DNA from: a virus
Taxonomy: Duplodnaviria; Caudoviricetes
Length of the DNA: 64,000 bases
Reading direction: 5' to 3' (one strand)
IMG/VR virus record: IMGVR_UViG_3300028601_000022
Span: 78,807 to 142,806 of that record
The translations under genes and the position numbers were made by a program. The notes beneath the pieces are model-generated. The model searched no databases. It worked only from the letters and a program-made list of their open reading frames with translations, and was not told where the DNA came from. Each line of letters starts with the position of its first letter. Position 1 is the first letter of the stretch. Shown here piece after piece: positions 45,840 to 55,325 of this stretch.

Positions 45840-48800
45840 ATGCCTTGCAAGCACCAAGTTAAAGAATGCAAATGCTCCAATATCTCACTGGAGCTTAAGG
45901 GTTCTGCCCCTGTTGATATATTTTTCGTGACCGAGTTTCCTGGGCGTACCGAGTGCAAAGAGAAAAAGTTTCTGTCCGGTGCGCATGGGAAATTCTTTCG
46001 GGAGATACTGAAACGCCTTGTGGAAAAGACCAAGTTCACCTATGCAATATCTGGTGTTACTCGGTCTGAATCAAAGCCTAACATGCTTATGCACTACAGT
46101 GCTGAGGTAAGGGCATGCCTTCCTAACCTTGAGGCCGAGATACGGAGGTGCAAACCAAAGGTCATCGTGGTTTTGGGTGACCTTCCCTACTCGGTCTTCT
46201 CCAAGAACAACGCACTTCCTAAGCACGGGTCGCGTGTTGAAGATGGCCTTCTCCAGCCGATGAATGTATTTGGTAAGACGCGGCCCGTTATGTACTGCCA
46301 GCACACTACCTGGTATATGCACAATGATGAGTCCTGTGCTGTAGGCTTCCTCTATGAGAATATCCGCAAGGCCATCGACTTTGCCCAGCACGGTATCAAC
46401 CCCAACATTCCAAACAAGTTCAAAAGCGTAACGCTACGCAGCCTTAAGGACGTAAAAGCCTGCCTCAATGACATGGCTACTGTGGATGACTACATATCGG
46501 TAGATACAGAAGGCTGCAATCTTTTGCGGGTATACGGAAACAAACTTCTTAGTGTTCAGCTATCCGGCGACGGCAAGACAGGATACCTCATTCCGTACCT
46601 GCACCGTGACTCTCCCTTCATAAACAAGATTGACCGCCTGCGGGAACTCTTTGTAAATTTCTTCTACGAAAGGGAAGTAAACACGCTGGGCTACCTGTTT
46701 GTCAATGCCAAATATGACTACCATCAATTTTACAGGGAACTACGGAGATTCAGCTTCAACGCACCTGTGATAGACGCCTCCTTCGCACAGTATTCCCTTG
46801 ATGAAAATTGGGTGCGGGTGCATTCTTTTCCGAAGCAGAAAGGTATGTATTCCCTATTCACCATGTCATACAAGCGCGGATTCAAGTTCTATTCCGATAC
46901 CGACTCTAAAGAAAAGCGGTCTATTCTTGAAAAAATCCCCCTGTCTGAATGGGAAGAATATGCTGCGGCTGACGTTGTGGCCCCTTGGCACATATTCAAA
47001 AAGCAATTGCAGGAAGCAACGCGAACTGGCTACCGCGAGGGCTTTCTGTACCTCAACAACATTTACGAAAACCACCTCGTGCGCTGTCTTACCTATGCGG
47101 AGCACTGTGGCCTGTCAATGAATCCTGCCAAGGTGAAAGAACTTGTAAACTCGGACTCCGTTATATCCTCGGCTATCAAGGACATTATGAACCGGTTCTA
47201 TGCACTACCCTCAGTGCAGGAAGCTAACGCTATTCTGTCAAAGGGCAAGACGGGTATGGCAACGGGACTTGCAGGCGCCGTGAGAACTTGGTCGCCGCAG
47301 TCTCCTAAGCACAGGGAACTTCTGTACTTTGACATACTAGGACTTGATCCTGTCAATGAAGAAGACGACGGGGATACTTCGCATACAGGTAAAGCGTTTC
47401 AGAAAAGTTACGCCGGTACCCCTGAGGTAGACCTGCTTACCGAGTATATGTCCTTCACCAAGATGATGTCCGGTTTCATCAACCCAATGGCTGACTACCT
47501 TGATAAGAACAGTTCTAAGGGTAGCCCGGATATGTACATCGACAACAAAGCCCGGACTCACTTCTCTCCACTAGCCGTTACAGGACGCCTCCGTTCAGCT
47601 AACCCTAACTTGCAGCAGCGCCCTGCTGGCCGCTCCAAGGCAGCAAAGACCATTCTTAGCATGTATGAACCGAAGCCTGGTCGCGTTGTGGTAAAGCTTG
47701 ACTACAAGACCTTCGAAGTTATGGGGTCAGGCTTTCTTTCAGGCGACAAGGTAATGATTAAGTCCTTCAGGGAAATGCACGCCTTGAAAGAACAGTTCCG
47801 TGCTAACCCTCGCAAGTTCATTGAAGATGGCTACGCGATGGTTAAGCAGGGATTGCGCGACATACGAAAAGGGCTTAAAAAGAAAAAGCAGGAGCTTATA
47901 GACTCCAAGGGAATAGCTGCGAAGGCCGACTACATCCTTGCAAAGGATTCCTTCAAAAAGGAACTTGCAAAGTACCGCGAGGAGCTTAAGGAGCTAGAAA
48001 ACCTCAAGATTAACGACCCGATTGAACTTAGCCGCAAGTATGTAACCCTGCTTACGGACTCACACCGAAAGTTCGCGGCCCTTTTCTTTAAAACGCCAGT
48101 AATGGAGATTACGAAAACCCAGCGGCAGTCTGCAAAGACGCTGGTCTTCGGTCTCCTTTACGGTATGTCGCTTGCATCCATTGCAAAGAGCCTCAAAATT
48201 ACGGAAGACGAAGCCGTCAAGCTACACGAAACCTACATGAAGTCTTTCCCGTATGCAGCAAAGTGGCTTGAACAGTCTAAGAAGTTCGGCCAGAAGTACC
48301 TGTATGTTCAATCACCTCTTGGTCGCCGACGCCGCCTGTGGGGTCACCTGCGTCAGGACAAGGGTGTTGCTGGCAAGATGAACCGCTATGCAGGCAATAC
48401 AGTTATTCAGGGCGTGTGTTCGGACAACAACATTATTGCAGGGTCATTGTGCGTCCAGGCAATGGAAGCGCATGAGAAAAACAAGTATGCCGTCCCTGAC
48501 GAGGAGAGTTGGGAACTGACCAACTTGGTGCATGACTCCTGCGAATTTGAAATGCCCTTGGAAGATACCTACTACTTCATCAAGGAATTCGAACCTATCT
48601 ATACCGAATACCTTATGCTGTATCTGGAAAAGGTATTCGGATTCAAGATTGAGATTCCTCTTGAAGTTGACTTCACCGTAGGCACCAACTACGGTAACAC
48701 CAGGGACTGGGACGGCTCAGAAGAAGACCTGCGCGCCTGCATGAAGTGGTTGTGTGAAGAAACTGCCAAAAGAGATAAAACTAAGGTAGTGAACTACATG

Positions 48801-48929
48801 AAGCTGGTGAAAAGCCCGCTGTACAAAAAGTATCCGAAGGGCTTTGTTTTGAAGGTAGTTAAGAAGGCAATCAAGCGCGACAGGGCTCGCGCAGCACGCC
48901 TTGGTCTATACAAGAACAAGAATAAGTAG
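45840..48929 (+). CDS. polA: family A DNA polymerase with N-terminal UDG-like domain and 3'-5' exonuclease
   Basis: E.PG..E, EI...KPKVIVVLG (UDG-like); DTE, NAKYD, YAAAD (exo); TGRL.S.NPNLQ, DY, R..AK...FG.LYG, VHDS. Confidence 0.93.
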   Translation: MPCKHQVKECKCSNISLELKGSAPVDIFFVTEFPGRTECKEKKFLSGAHGKFFREILKRLVEKTKFTYAISGVTRSESKPNMLMHYSAEVRACLPNLEAEIRRCKPKVIVVLGDLPYSVFSKNNALPKHGSRVEDGLLQPMNVFGKTRPVMYCQHTTWYMHNDESCAVGFLYENIRKAIDFAQHGINPNIPNKFKSVTLRSLKDVKACLNDMATVDDYISVDTEGCNLLRVYGNKLLSVQLSGDGKTGYLIPYLHRDSPFINKIDRLRELFVNFFYEREVNTLGYLFVNAKYDYHQFYRELRRFSFNAPVIDASFAQYSLDENWVRVHSFPKQKGMYSLFTMSYKRGFKFYSDTDSKEKRSILEKIPLSEWEEYAAADVVAPWHIFKKQLQEATRTGYREGFLYLNNIYENHLVRCLTYAEHCGLSMNPAKVKELVNSDSVISSAIKDIMNRFYALPSVQEANAILSKGKTGMATGLAGAVRTWSPQSPKHRELLYFDILGLDPVNEEDDGDTSHTGKAFQKSYAGTPEVDLLTEYMSFTKMMSGFINPMADYLDKNSSKGSPDMYIDNKARTHFSPLAVTGRLRSANPNLQQRPAGRSKAAKTILSMYEPKPGRVVVKLDYKTFEVMGSGFLSGDKVMIKSFREMHALKEQFRANPRKFIEDGYAMVKQGLRDIRKGLKKKKQELIDSKGIAAKADYILAKDSFKKELAKYREELKELENLKINDPIELSRKYVTLLTDSHRKFAALFFKTPVMEITKTQRQSAKTLVFGLLYGMSLASIAKSLKITEDEAVKLHETYMKSFPYAAKWLEQSKKFGQKYLYVQSPLGRRRRLWGHLRQDKGVAGKMNRYAGNTVIQGVCSDNNIIAGSLCVQAMEAHEKNKYAVPDEESWELTNLVHDSCEFEMPLEDTYYFIKEFEPIYTEYLMLYLEKVFGFKIEIPLEVDFTVGTNYGNTRDWDGSEEDLRACMKWLCEETAKRDKTKVVNYMKLVKSPLYKKYPKGFVLKVVKKAIKRDRARAARLGLYKNKNK

Positions 48930-48938
48930 GAGGGAATC

Positions 48939-50129
48939 ATGGCGAAGAAAGAAACCGAATCAGTATCCCTTGTGGATGCTATTGCTGTTAAGTACCGCCC
49001 GCGAACTTTTTCGGATATTGTGGGCAATGAAAAGAACATGGACATTATCCGTGGCTATTTTGCCCGAAGAAAGCTCGTAAAGTCCTGGGGCATGTTTGGC
49101 CCAAGCGGCTCGGGTAAAAGCACCACAGCCCGCATTCTTGCAATGGCTGCAAACTGCCAGAACCTGAGTGATAACGGCGACCCCTGCCTCGAATGCAGCT
49201 CCTGCAAAATGGCCCTTACTGGTACCCACGTGGATATCCGCGAAGTCAATGCTGGCTCGGAAGAAGGGAAGGTCTCCGGTATTGAATCTCTTCTGACTAC
49301 CATCAGCTACAAGCCGCGTTTTAATGCGCGTGTGGTAATCATTGATGAATGCCATCTGGCTTCTGGCAAGGCCATGCAGAGCCTCTTGAAGGCAGTTGAA
49401 GAGCCGCCTAAAGGCGTTATGTTCATTCTTTGCACGACAAACCCTGAAAAGCTGCCTAAGGCAATGCTGGGTCGGTGTGTGAAGATGTACTTTGAATACC
49501 CCGAACCCCGGAATACTGCAAAGCGCCTGTACAAGATATGCAAGAAGGAGTTTTCTGAGGAAGTAACGGCCAAAGTGAAGCCGTTCCTTATTCCTATTGC
49601 TGAATCCACTCAGGCTCAGGTTCGCAATTCTCTTGCAATCATGGAATCTCTCACAAGCATTGTGTGTGCGAACCCCAAAGTTACCAAGGAAAAGCTCAAG
49701 GAAATGTTCAACAACCTTGTGCTTGAAGTGGGAGACCTCGACAAGTATGCAATCCGCTACTGTACCTTCATGATGGCCGGCAACTTGCAGTTCCCTCTTT
49801 CCCTGGCTATGGAAATAGAAACGGCCAGGGTAACCGAATTTATTACTCTTGCTTTGCGCCATGCCCAGTATGCCGGCATCTATTTCCTTTACAAGGAAAA
49901 GGGCCGTGATAAGTTCTACGAACTGCGCCGTCGGTTCTGGGGTGTAAACTTCAAGCGATTCGATGAAGCTCTTGAAGCTATTGCAAAGGGCAGGAAGCCG
50001 AAAGACCTCGTCAACTCTGCTCTTAGCATTGCGGTAGGCCTTATTGCGGCACAGGAAAAGATTCGGACAGGCGTCATTACGTCTGACCAGGCCATTATGT
50101 ACGGCATTACCCAAACCCTGCGAGGTTAG
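48939..50129 (+). CDS. dnaX: clamp loader (DNA Pol III gamma/tau-like)
   Basis: KYRPRTF, GPSGSGKST, zinc Cys cluster, IDECH, LLK.VEEPP, GRC. Confidence 0.9.
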   Translation: MAKKETESVSLVDAIAVKYRPRTFSDIVGNEKNMDIIRGYFARRKLVKSWGMFGPSGSGKSTTARILAMAANCQNLSDNGDPCLECSSCKMALTGTHVDIREVNAGSEEGKVSGIESLLTTISYKPRFNARVVIIDECHLASGKAMQSLLKAVEEPPKGVMFILCTTNPEKLPKAMLGRCVKMYFEYPEPRNTAKRLYKICKKEFSEEVTAKVKPFLIPIAESTQAQVRNSLAIMESLTSIVCANPKVTKEKLKEMFNNLVLEVGDLDKYAIRYCTFMMAGNLQFPLSLAMEIETARVTEFITLALRHAQYAGIYFLYKEKGRDKFYELRRRFWGVNFKRFDEALEAIAKGRKPKDLVNSALSIAVGLIAAQEKIRTGVITSDQAIMYGITQTLRG

Positions 50130-50133
50130 GCTT

Positions 50134-50670
50134 ATGGAAGTTCGGTCGAAAGTGAAACTCACCTGGGAAGTAGTGGAGCTTCTCTGCACCCAAATTGCTC
50201 ACGATATTGAAGACTCTGGTATTGTTTACGACGGCATCCTCGGCATTGCCCGCGGCGGCCTGATACCGGCCGTCCTCATTGCTGGTGTTCTTGGTGTTCG
50301 TGATGTAAAGACCATTCAGTTGTCCCGCTACCACGAAGGCGTGCCTGGTGAAGTGAAGGGCATTGCAAGCAATGACCCTCTTCTCCTGTGCGGAAAGTGG
50401 CTTGCAGTGGACGACATTATCGGCACAGGAGAAACCCTCGAAGCAGTAAAGACCATGTACCCTACTGTTGATACCTGCGCGGTTCTCGCCCGGCCTGGCT
50501 GGAATCATGACCCCACTAGCATGCGCACCTTCGTGGGGAAGGTGCTCCCTGAAGGGCAGGGGTGGATAGAGTTTCCTTGGGAAATGCTCCGCACTGTTGA
50601 CGGTGCGCAGCGTGAAATATCAGAAGGTGAACGCAACCGCGTTCTGGCAAGTCTGGTGGAGCGTAATTAG
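50134..50670 (+). CDS. purine phosphoribosyltransferase (Gpt-like)
   Basis: IARGGLIPA, VDDIIGTGET, WIEFPWE. Confidence 0.88.
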   Translation: MEVRSKVKLTWEVVELLCTQIAHDIEDSGIVYDGILGIARGGLIPAVLIAGVLGVRDVKTIQLSRYHEGVPGEVKGIASNDPLLLCGKWLAVDDIIGTGETLEAVKTMYPTVDTCAVLARPGWNHDPTSMRTFVGKVLPEGQGWIEFPWEMLRTVDGAQREISEGERNRVLASLVERN

Positions 50671-52616
50671 TGAAACTCAATTCAGACCAGAGAAGAGCGG
50701 CAAAGGTCAAGAAGGGAAACCATCTTGTCCTTGCCCCGGCAGGGTCGGGTAAGACAGCCACTCTCTGTTCAAGGGTGGCCTGGCTTGCTCGGAATACCGA
50801 GGAGGAAATACTTCTCCTCACCTTTACAGTTAAAGCAGCCGAGGAGATGCTAGAGCGCGTAAAGAAAACCGTAGATGAAGAGAGCCTGGTGCAGATTACA
50901 TCAGGCACGTTTCACTCGTTTGCATATTCGGTCATGAAAAGGTACCATAAGTACCTTGGTTATTCTTCACCCTTAAATATCATTGATACCCGCGACCAGA
51001 AGGAGCTAATGTCGTCAATTGCAAAGCAGCTGGAATGCCGCGTAAGCGTAAAGTCCATCCTGCATGCAAATTCCCTCGCACTTAACACTATGGAACCCTT
51101 CACCTCGGTTCTTACCGCGTCCATGAAAAATATGTCTGCGGCAAACGTAGACCTGTGCGAGAAGGTTTTGGAGGAGTATGAGCGTACCAAGAAAAAGTAC
51201 AACATGCTTGACTTTGACGACTTGCTGGTTAACCTGTACAAACTCCTGCAGATTCCTAAGGCTCGTGCAAAGATAGCGACCTTCGGTCACATCTTGTTGG
51301 ATGAGGTACAGGACAACAATAACCTTCAAATCAAAATCATTGAGGGCCTTATTACCAAACGGACTAAGCTGTTTGCTGTTGGTGATGAAGCCCAGTCTAT
51401 CTATCAGTTCCGTGGAGCAAACCGCTCGTTCATACTTGCTTTCCCGGAGCAGTTCAATGCTACCACAACCATGCTGACGGAGAACTACAGGTCTACCCAG
51501 CAGATTCTCGACCTTGCAAACTGTGTGGCTTCTGGCTTCATTGACGGGTTCAAGGTTAAGATGAAGTCCAAGCTTCAGGGCGAGAAGCCGAGGTACATCC
51601 ACTTCTACGATGAAAGCGAACAGGTAAAGCTCATAGTCAAGGAAGTATCCAGGCTGAAAGAGAACCTTGGTGATACTGCGGTTATATATCGGGCATCATC
51701 CTCGGCTGATAAACTTGAGGCGGCACTTAGGGCTGAAAAGATTCCCTATGCCCGAAGGGGTACGGGTTCACTTTTTGAGTTAGCGGTCATTAAAGACCTG
51801 CTCCTGTTCCTTCGTGCTGCTACCTCGAAAAGCGATACCATTGCCTGGCGTGGTGTTCTTCTCTGCATTCCTAATGTCGGCCCGGCTATGGCGGCCAAAC
51901 TCTACGACTCGGTAAGCAAGTCAGGTATTAAGGGTTTGGAAAGCCACTTTGACTCTAAGGCAGGCCCTGGTATCAAACGCTTGCACAAGTACCTGTCTAA
52001 GGCTGCATTCTACCGCAAGAGTGCCCGCAAGGCTCTGGTGCAGGCTATTGAATACTGGTCGGAGTATCTGCCCAAGAGGACTACCAAGTCCGCAGACGAT
52101 GTGGCAGAATATTACTCCCGCATCAGGGACATTGCTGTAAAGTATGCCTCTGTGCGAAAGTTCCTTATTGACATGGCACTCGACACGTCTAAGGACATTG
52201 ACCCTGATAAGGGCAAACTCATTCTGTCCACCATTCACTCCGTGAAGGGGATGGGTTTCAAGCGCGTGTATGTCCTCAATGCCGTTGAAGGGAAGCTGCC
52301 CTCTACCTACTTCCTTCCCGATGAAGACGACCCGTCATACTTCGAGAAGGTAGAAGAGGAAAAGCGCCTATTCTACGTTGCGCTCACCCGCGCACGCCAC
52401 TATCTAACCATATGCGCTCCGATGAATGATTCAGAACGGGCCAGCTGGGACAAGAACGGTAACCTCAGTGAGGCTGACGAAACCTCAAGGACTCGCTTTC
52501 TTGACGTTGAAGGCATTGAGAAGACGTATATTGAAAAGTGGCCTGACCGGACTCAGCAGAAGAAGATTAACAGCCTATCTGCCCTTCACCGCATGAGGAT
52601 GCGTGAGATGGAGTAG
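50670..52616 (+). CDS. UvrD/Rep/PcrA SF1 helicase
   Basis: APAGSGKT, TFT.KAA, DEVQD, GDEAQSIY.FRGA, NYRS, TIHSVKG, EEKRLFYVALTRA. Confidence 0.93.
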   Translation: MKLNSDQRRAAKVKKGNHLVLAPAGSGKTATLCSRVAWLARNTEEEILLLTFTVKAAEEMLERVKKTVDEESLVQITSGTFHSFAYSVMKRYHKYLGYSSPLNIIDTRDQKELMSSIAKQLECRVSVKSILHANSLALNTMEPFTSVLTASMKNMSAANVDLCEKVLEEYERTKKKYNMLDFDDLLVNLYKLLQIPKARAKIATFGHILLDEVQDNNNLQIKIIEGLITKRTKLFAVGDEAQSIYQFRGANRSFILAFPEQFNATTTMLTENYRSTQQILDLANCVASGFIDGFKVKMKSKLQGEKPRYIHFYDESEQVKLIVKEVSRLKENLGDTAVIYRASSSADKLEAALRAEKIPYARRGTGSLFELAVIKDLLLFLRAATSKSDTIAWRGVLLCIPNVGPAMAAKLYDSVSKSGIKGLESHFDSKAGPGIKRLHKYLSKAAFYRKSARKALVQAIEYWSEYLPKRTTKSADDVAEYYSRIRDIAVKYASVRKFLIDMALDTSKDIDPDKGKLILSTIHSVKGMGFKRVYVLNAVEGKLPSTYFLPDEDDPSYFEKVEEEKRLFYVALTRARHYLTICAPMNDSERASWDKNGNLSEADETSRTRFLDVEGIEKTYIEKWPDRTQQKKINSLSALHRMRMREME

Positions 52617-52742
52617 GAGGGGAACGTGAAATTTTCACCTCGGTTGCGCGAAAATCTATGCCTTCCCCGAAAAGAACCGGAAAAGTGCGGTACTCCCTAA
52701 GTGATATCCAACACGCAAAACACTTTAGTTTAGGAGATACAT

Positions 52743-53651
52743 ATGCTGGATTTGGTTGTACACCTCAGCGGTAAGAGCGGCAGCGGTAAGGACCTGTATG
52801 CAAATGCTTTGAATATTATCTTCAATGAGCATTACATGAAGACAGGCACAGTGCCAACTCACGATTTGGACTACTGCTCTCACATCCTTGCGTTCGGTGA
52901 GAGCCTCAAGTACCTTGGTGCTGACCTTACAGGGTTTGCCGAGAACTTGTTCTTTGACCGCGCCACCAAGGACGCTATTTTGGATGACTCCGTCGTTAAG
53001 GAAGCTCTGTACTCCATCTTTAAGGAAGCGCTGTACTCCGTCGGCTTCCACAACCAGACCAGTTGGAGGGGCAAGACGCTGGTTGATATACGCACCGGCT
53101 TGACCGGCTGCCGCAGTATTCCGGTTGAAGTAGATGTCCAGAAATTTTACCGCTGGTTATTCGACAACTATCGTGTGAATCCCATAACGCCCAGGGATAT
53201 ACTGAAGAAGCTTGGCAGTGACGGCGACGTGGTGCCAAGTTGGACGTGGGTTATTGCTGTTCGTACCCAGCTTGAATACCTGCATGCCAGCCTGTTCCCG
53301 CATGTGGCAATAATTTCAGATACCAGGCGCATCGAAGAATTGGTCAACACCGATTCTTGGTGCGAGACCCGCGACATTAAGGTAGTTCGCTTCCGTATCA
53401 ACCCGTGGAAGACTGAAAACCTCGAAAACGAGCATATTACGGAAACCGAACTTGAAAACAGGACGGATATCCGTTGGACTGAAGTCTTCTCGCCGAAAGA
53501 AGGCATGGCAGGCATAGTCGATACCCTTAGCTCTATGATGGCTAACGTGGTTCCCTATATCCAGTTCCGCAATACTGCCCTGCGTGACAGAATCTCGGAA
53601 AAGGAATACCTTGCTGGCGTCGTTGAGCGGGCGGCAGCGGAGCTCGTTTAA
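52743..53651 (+). CDS. deoxynucleoside monophosphate kinase-like
   Basis: LSGKSGSGKD, AFG..LK, R..L..LG, ISD.R..EE, H.TE. Confidence 0.72.
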   Translation: MLDLVVHLSGKSGSGKDLYANALNIIFNEHYMKTGTVPTHDLDYCSHILAFGESLKYLGADLTGFAENLFFDRATKDAILDDSVVKEALYSIFKEALYSVGFHNQTSWRGKTLVDIRTGLTGCRSIPVEVDVQKFYRWLFDNYRVNPITPRDILKKLGSDGDVVPSWTWVIAVRTQLEYLHASLFPHVAIISDTRRIEELVNTDSWCETRDIKVVRFRINPWKTENLENEHITETELENRTDIRWTEVFSPKEGMAGIVDTLSSMMANVVPYIQFRNTALRDRISEKEYLAGVVERAAAELV

Positions 53652-53676
53652 GGCAGAAACAACAAGGAGGTGCCAG

Positions 53677-54672
53677 ATGGTCGCCGACAAAGATTCTGTA
53701 TATCCTGATTCCGCATTCAGTGATAGCCAAGGAATGCCCGAACCGCTTCGAGTGCATGCCAACCCTGCGCGTATCATTGACCTTACCGATGAAGGCTCAC
53801 CAATTGTTTCCGGTCTTTTGAAGGGAAGGCCTCCTATTCGTGGGAATAGCAGGCTTGCCGTTCACGTTGACGATTTTGCTTTTCACGTATCCACAGAAGC
53901 TGAGGAAACCAATATGAAAAATCCCGAAACCATTTCCACAGGAACACATTCTGGCCAAACCAGCGGTGCTTACGAGCCGCGCGGCGCAAAGGCTACCGAC
54001 TCCTACGTCGGCCAATGCTCACCTGCTGTCAACCGCGCCCGTGACGGCTATAAGGAAGTTGTTGAACACATCAAATCGCTTGGCTATACAAGCGAAGAAG
54101 ACCTTGCAAACTTTGAAGGAACTGAAGACCGCATGGCGCGCGCCCTGGGCGAGTTCATTCTCCCTAAGCAGGAAATTGAAGACGGTCTGACGAAAATCCT
54201 CAGCAAGTGCTTTCCCATGTCGGGCGATGCCGGTATCGTTATTCAGGACTGCGTGACCATCGGCATGTGCCCGCATCATCTGCTTCCGGTTATTCACCAA
54301 ATGTATGTAGGCTATCTGCCTAAAGACAACGGCGCCATTCTCGGCATGTCCAAGTTGATTCGCATTGCGGAACTCCTCTCAAAGCGGGCCATTCTGCAGG
54401 AAAAGCTTGCAATCGACATTACGGCCACCCTGTTCAATGGCTGCTATGACGATGCCGGCAAGAACCCCACAGGCTTCCCGCACATTGAAACAGCCGGCGC
54501 AATCTGCGTCATGGGCTCACTGCACAGTTGCATGGCAACGCGCGGCGTGCGCAGCTTCTCTCTTGCACGGGAGGTATCACTTCGCGGCGCTTTCCTGCAC
54601 GACAAGGCACTGAAGGAAGAAGCCTTCCACATCATCAGCCAATTCCCCTCCACCCAGTTTCCCCTCAAGTAG
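53677..54672 (+). CDS. folE: GTP cyclohydrolase I with N-terminal extension
   Basis: CPHHLLP, GY.P, GMSKL.R, LQE, HSCM..RGV; AAGGAGG RBS. Confidence 0.9.
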   Translation: MVADKDSVYPDSAFSDSQGMPEPLRVHANPARIIDLTDEGSPIVSGLLKGRPPIRGNSRLAVHVDDFAFHVSTEAEETNMKNPETISTGTHSGQTSGAYEPRGAKATDSYVGQCSPAVNRARDGYKEVVEHIKSLGYTSEEDLANFEGTEDRMARALGEFILPKQEIEDGLTKILSKCFPMSGDAGIVIQDCVTIGMCPHHLLPVIHQMYVGYLPKDNGAILGMSKLIRIAELLSKRAILQEKLAIDITATLFNGCYDDAGKNPTGFPHIETAGAICVMGSLHSCMATRGVRSFSLAREVSLRGAFLHDKALKEEAFHIISQFPSTQFPLK

Positions 54673-54688
54673 GCGGTCTCTTCCCTAT

Positions 54689-54718
54689 AGGGTGCTCTGC
54701 GGTATCGTAGGGCACCCT
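54689..54718 (+). terminator. hairpin terminator after folE
   Basis: AGGGTGCTCTGCG...CGTAGGGCACCCT. Confidence 0.55.
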
Positions 54719-54739
54719 TCCTGCGTTTCTATAGCAGGC

Positions 54740-54768
54740 TTGACAAATTAAGCAAACGGTGTTATAAT
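54740..54768 (+). promoter_or_regulatory. consensus sigma70 promoter
   Basis: TTGACA-17-TATAAT with extended TG. Confidence 0.9.
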
Positions 54769-54796
54769 GTAGTCATACAACAATAAGGAGAAAGTT

Positions 54797-55315
54797 ATGA
54801 ACAGTCTTACCACAGTTAGCGGTGCGCGGTTGGTTATGTGGCTCGTGGTGATTTCCACTATCTTGCTTCTGTCCTTTCTCTGGGCAAGCGTAGCCCAACC
54901 TGCTACGGAAGAGTATTCCCTGTCCGAAGAAGACGGAACGGTGTTCATCACCTGTCGGTCGGATTCGTGCGAACTCAAAAATGTGTCTATTGACCGTAAT
55001 GCGAGAACAGGCTGGCGTCCCGTTGTTCTCGGCCCGGGTGTTGAAGACCTCAACTTCGGCAAGCGCACCGAAGCTCAGGTCGTAGGTGAGCATGTGCGTA
55101 CCTTCAACATTGACCTTGCCGACGGCAATCTTGTTAGTTTGCTCTGTACGGTTCCGGCTATTCACCTTCTCGTTGAAAGTGAACGGACGAACAAGTGCAC
55201 CGAGACCGTGCAGCCTATCCGAATGAAGTTCGGCTACAGGATAGGTATCTATGCGCCTAATGCTCTTGAGGTAAACCTCAACGGCGGGCAGGCTGTTTTC
55301 CAACACGCCCGGTAA
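54797..55315 (+). CDS. exported or membrane-anchored hypothetical protein
   Basis: N-terminal hydrophobic segment ending ASVA; 4 Cys; AAGGAG RBS. Confidence 0.7.
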   Translation: MNSLTTVSGARLVMWLVVISTILLLSFLWASVAQPATEEYSLSEEDGTVFITCRSDSCELKNVSIDRNARTGWRPVVLGPGVEDLNFGKRTEAQVVGEHVRTFNIDLADGNLVSLLCTVPAIHLLVESERTNKCTETVQPIRMKFGYRIGIYAPNALEVNLNGGQAVFQHAR

Positions 55316-55325
55316 GGGGAGTGCG

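Noticed and set aside
47760-48060. Intein or intron in polA or recA
   Set aside because: The insertions lack Cys/Ser starts, HN termini and homing-endonuclease motifs, and the frames are continuous.
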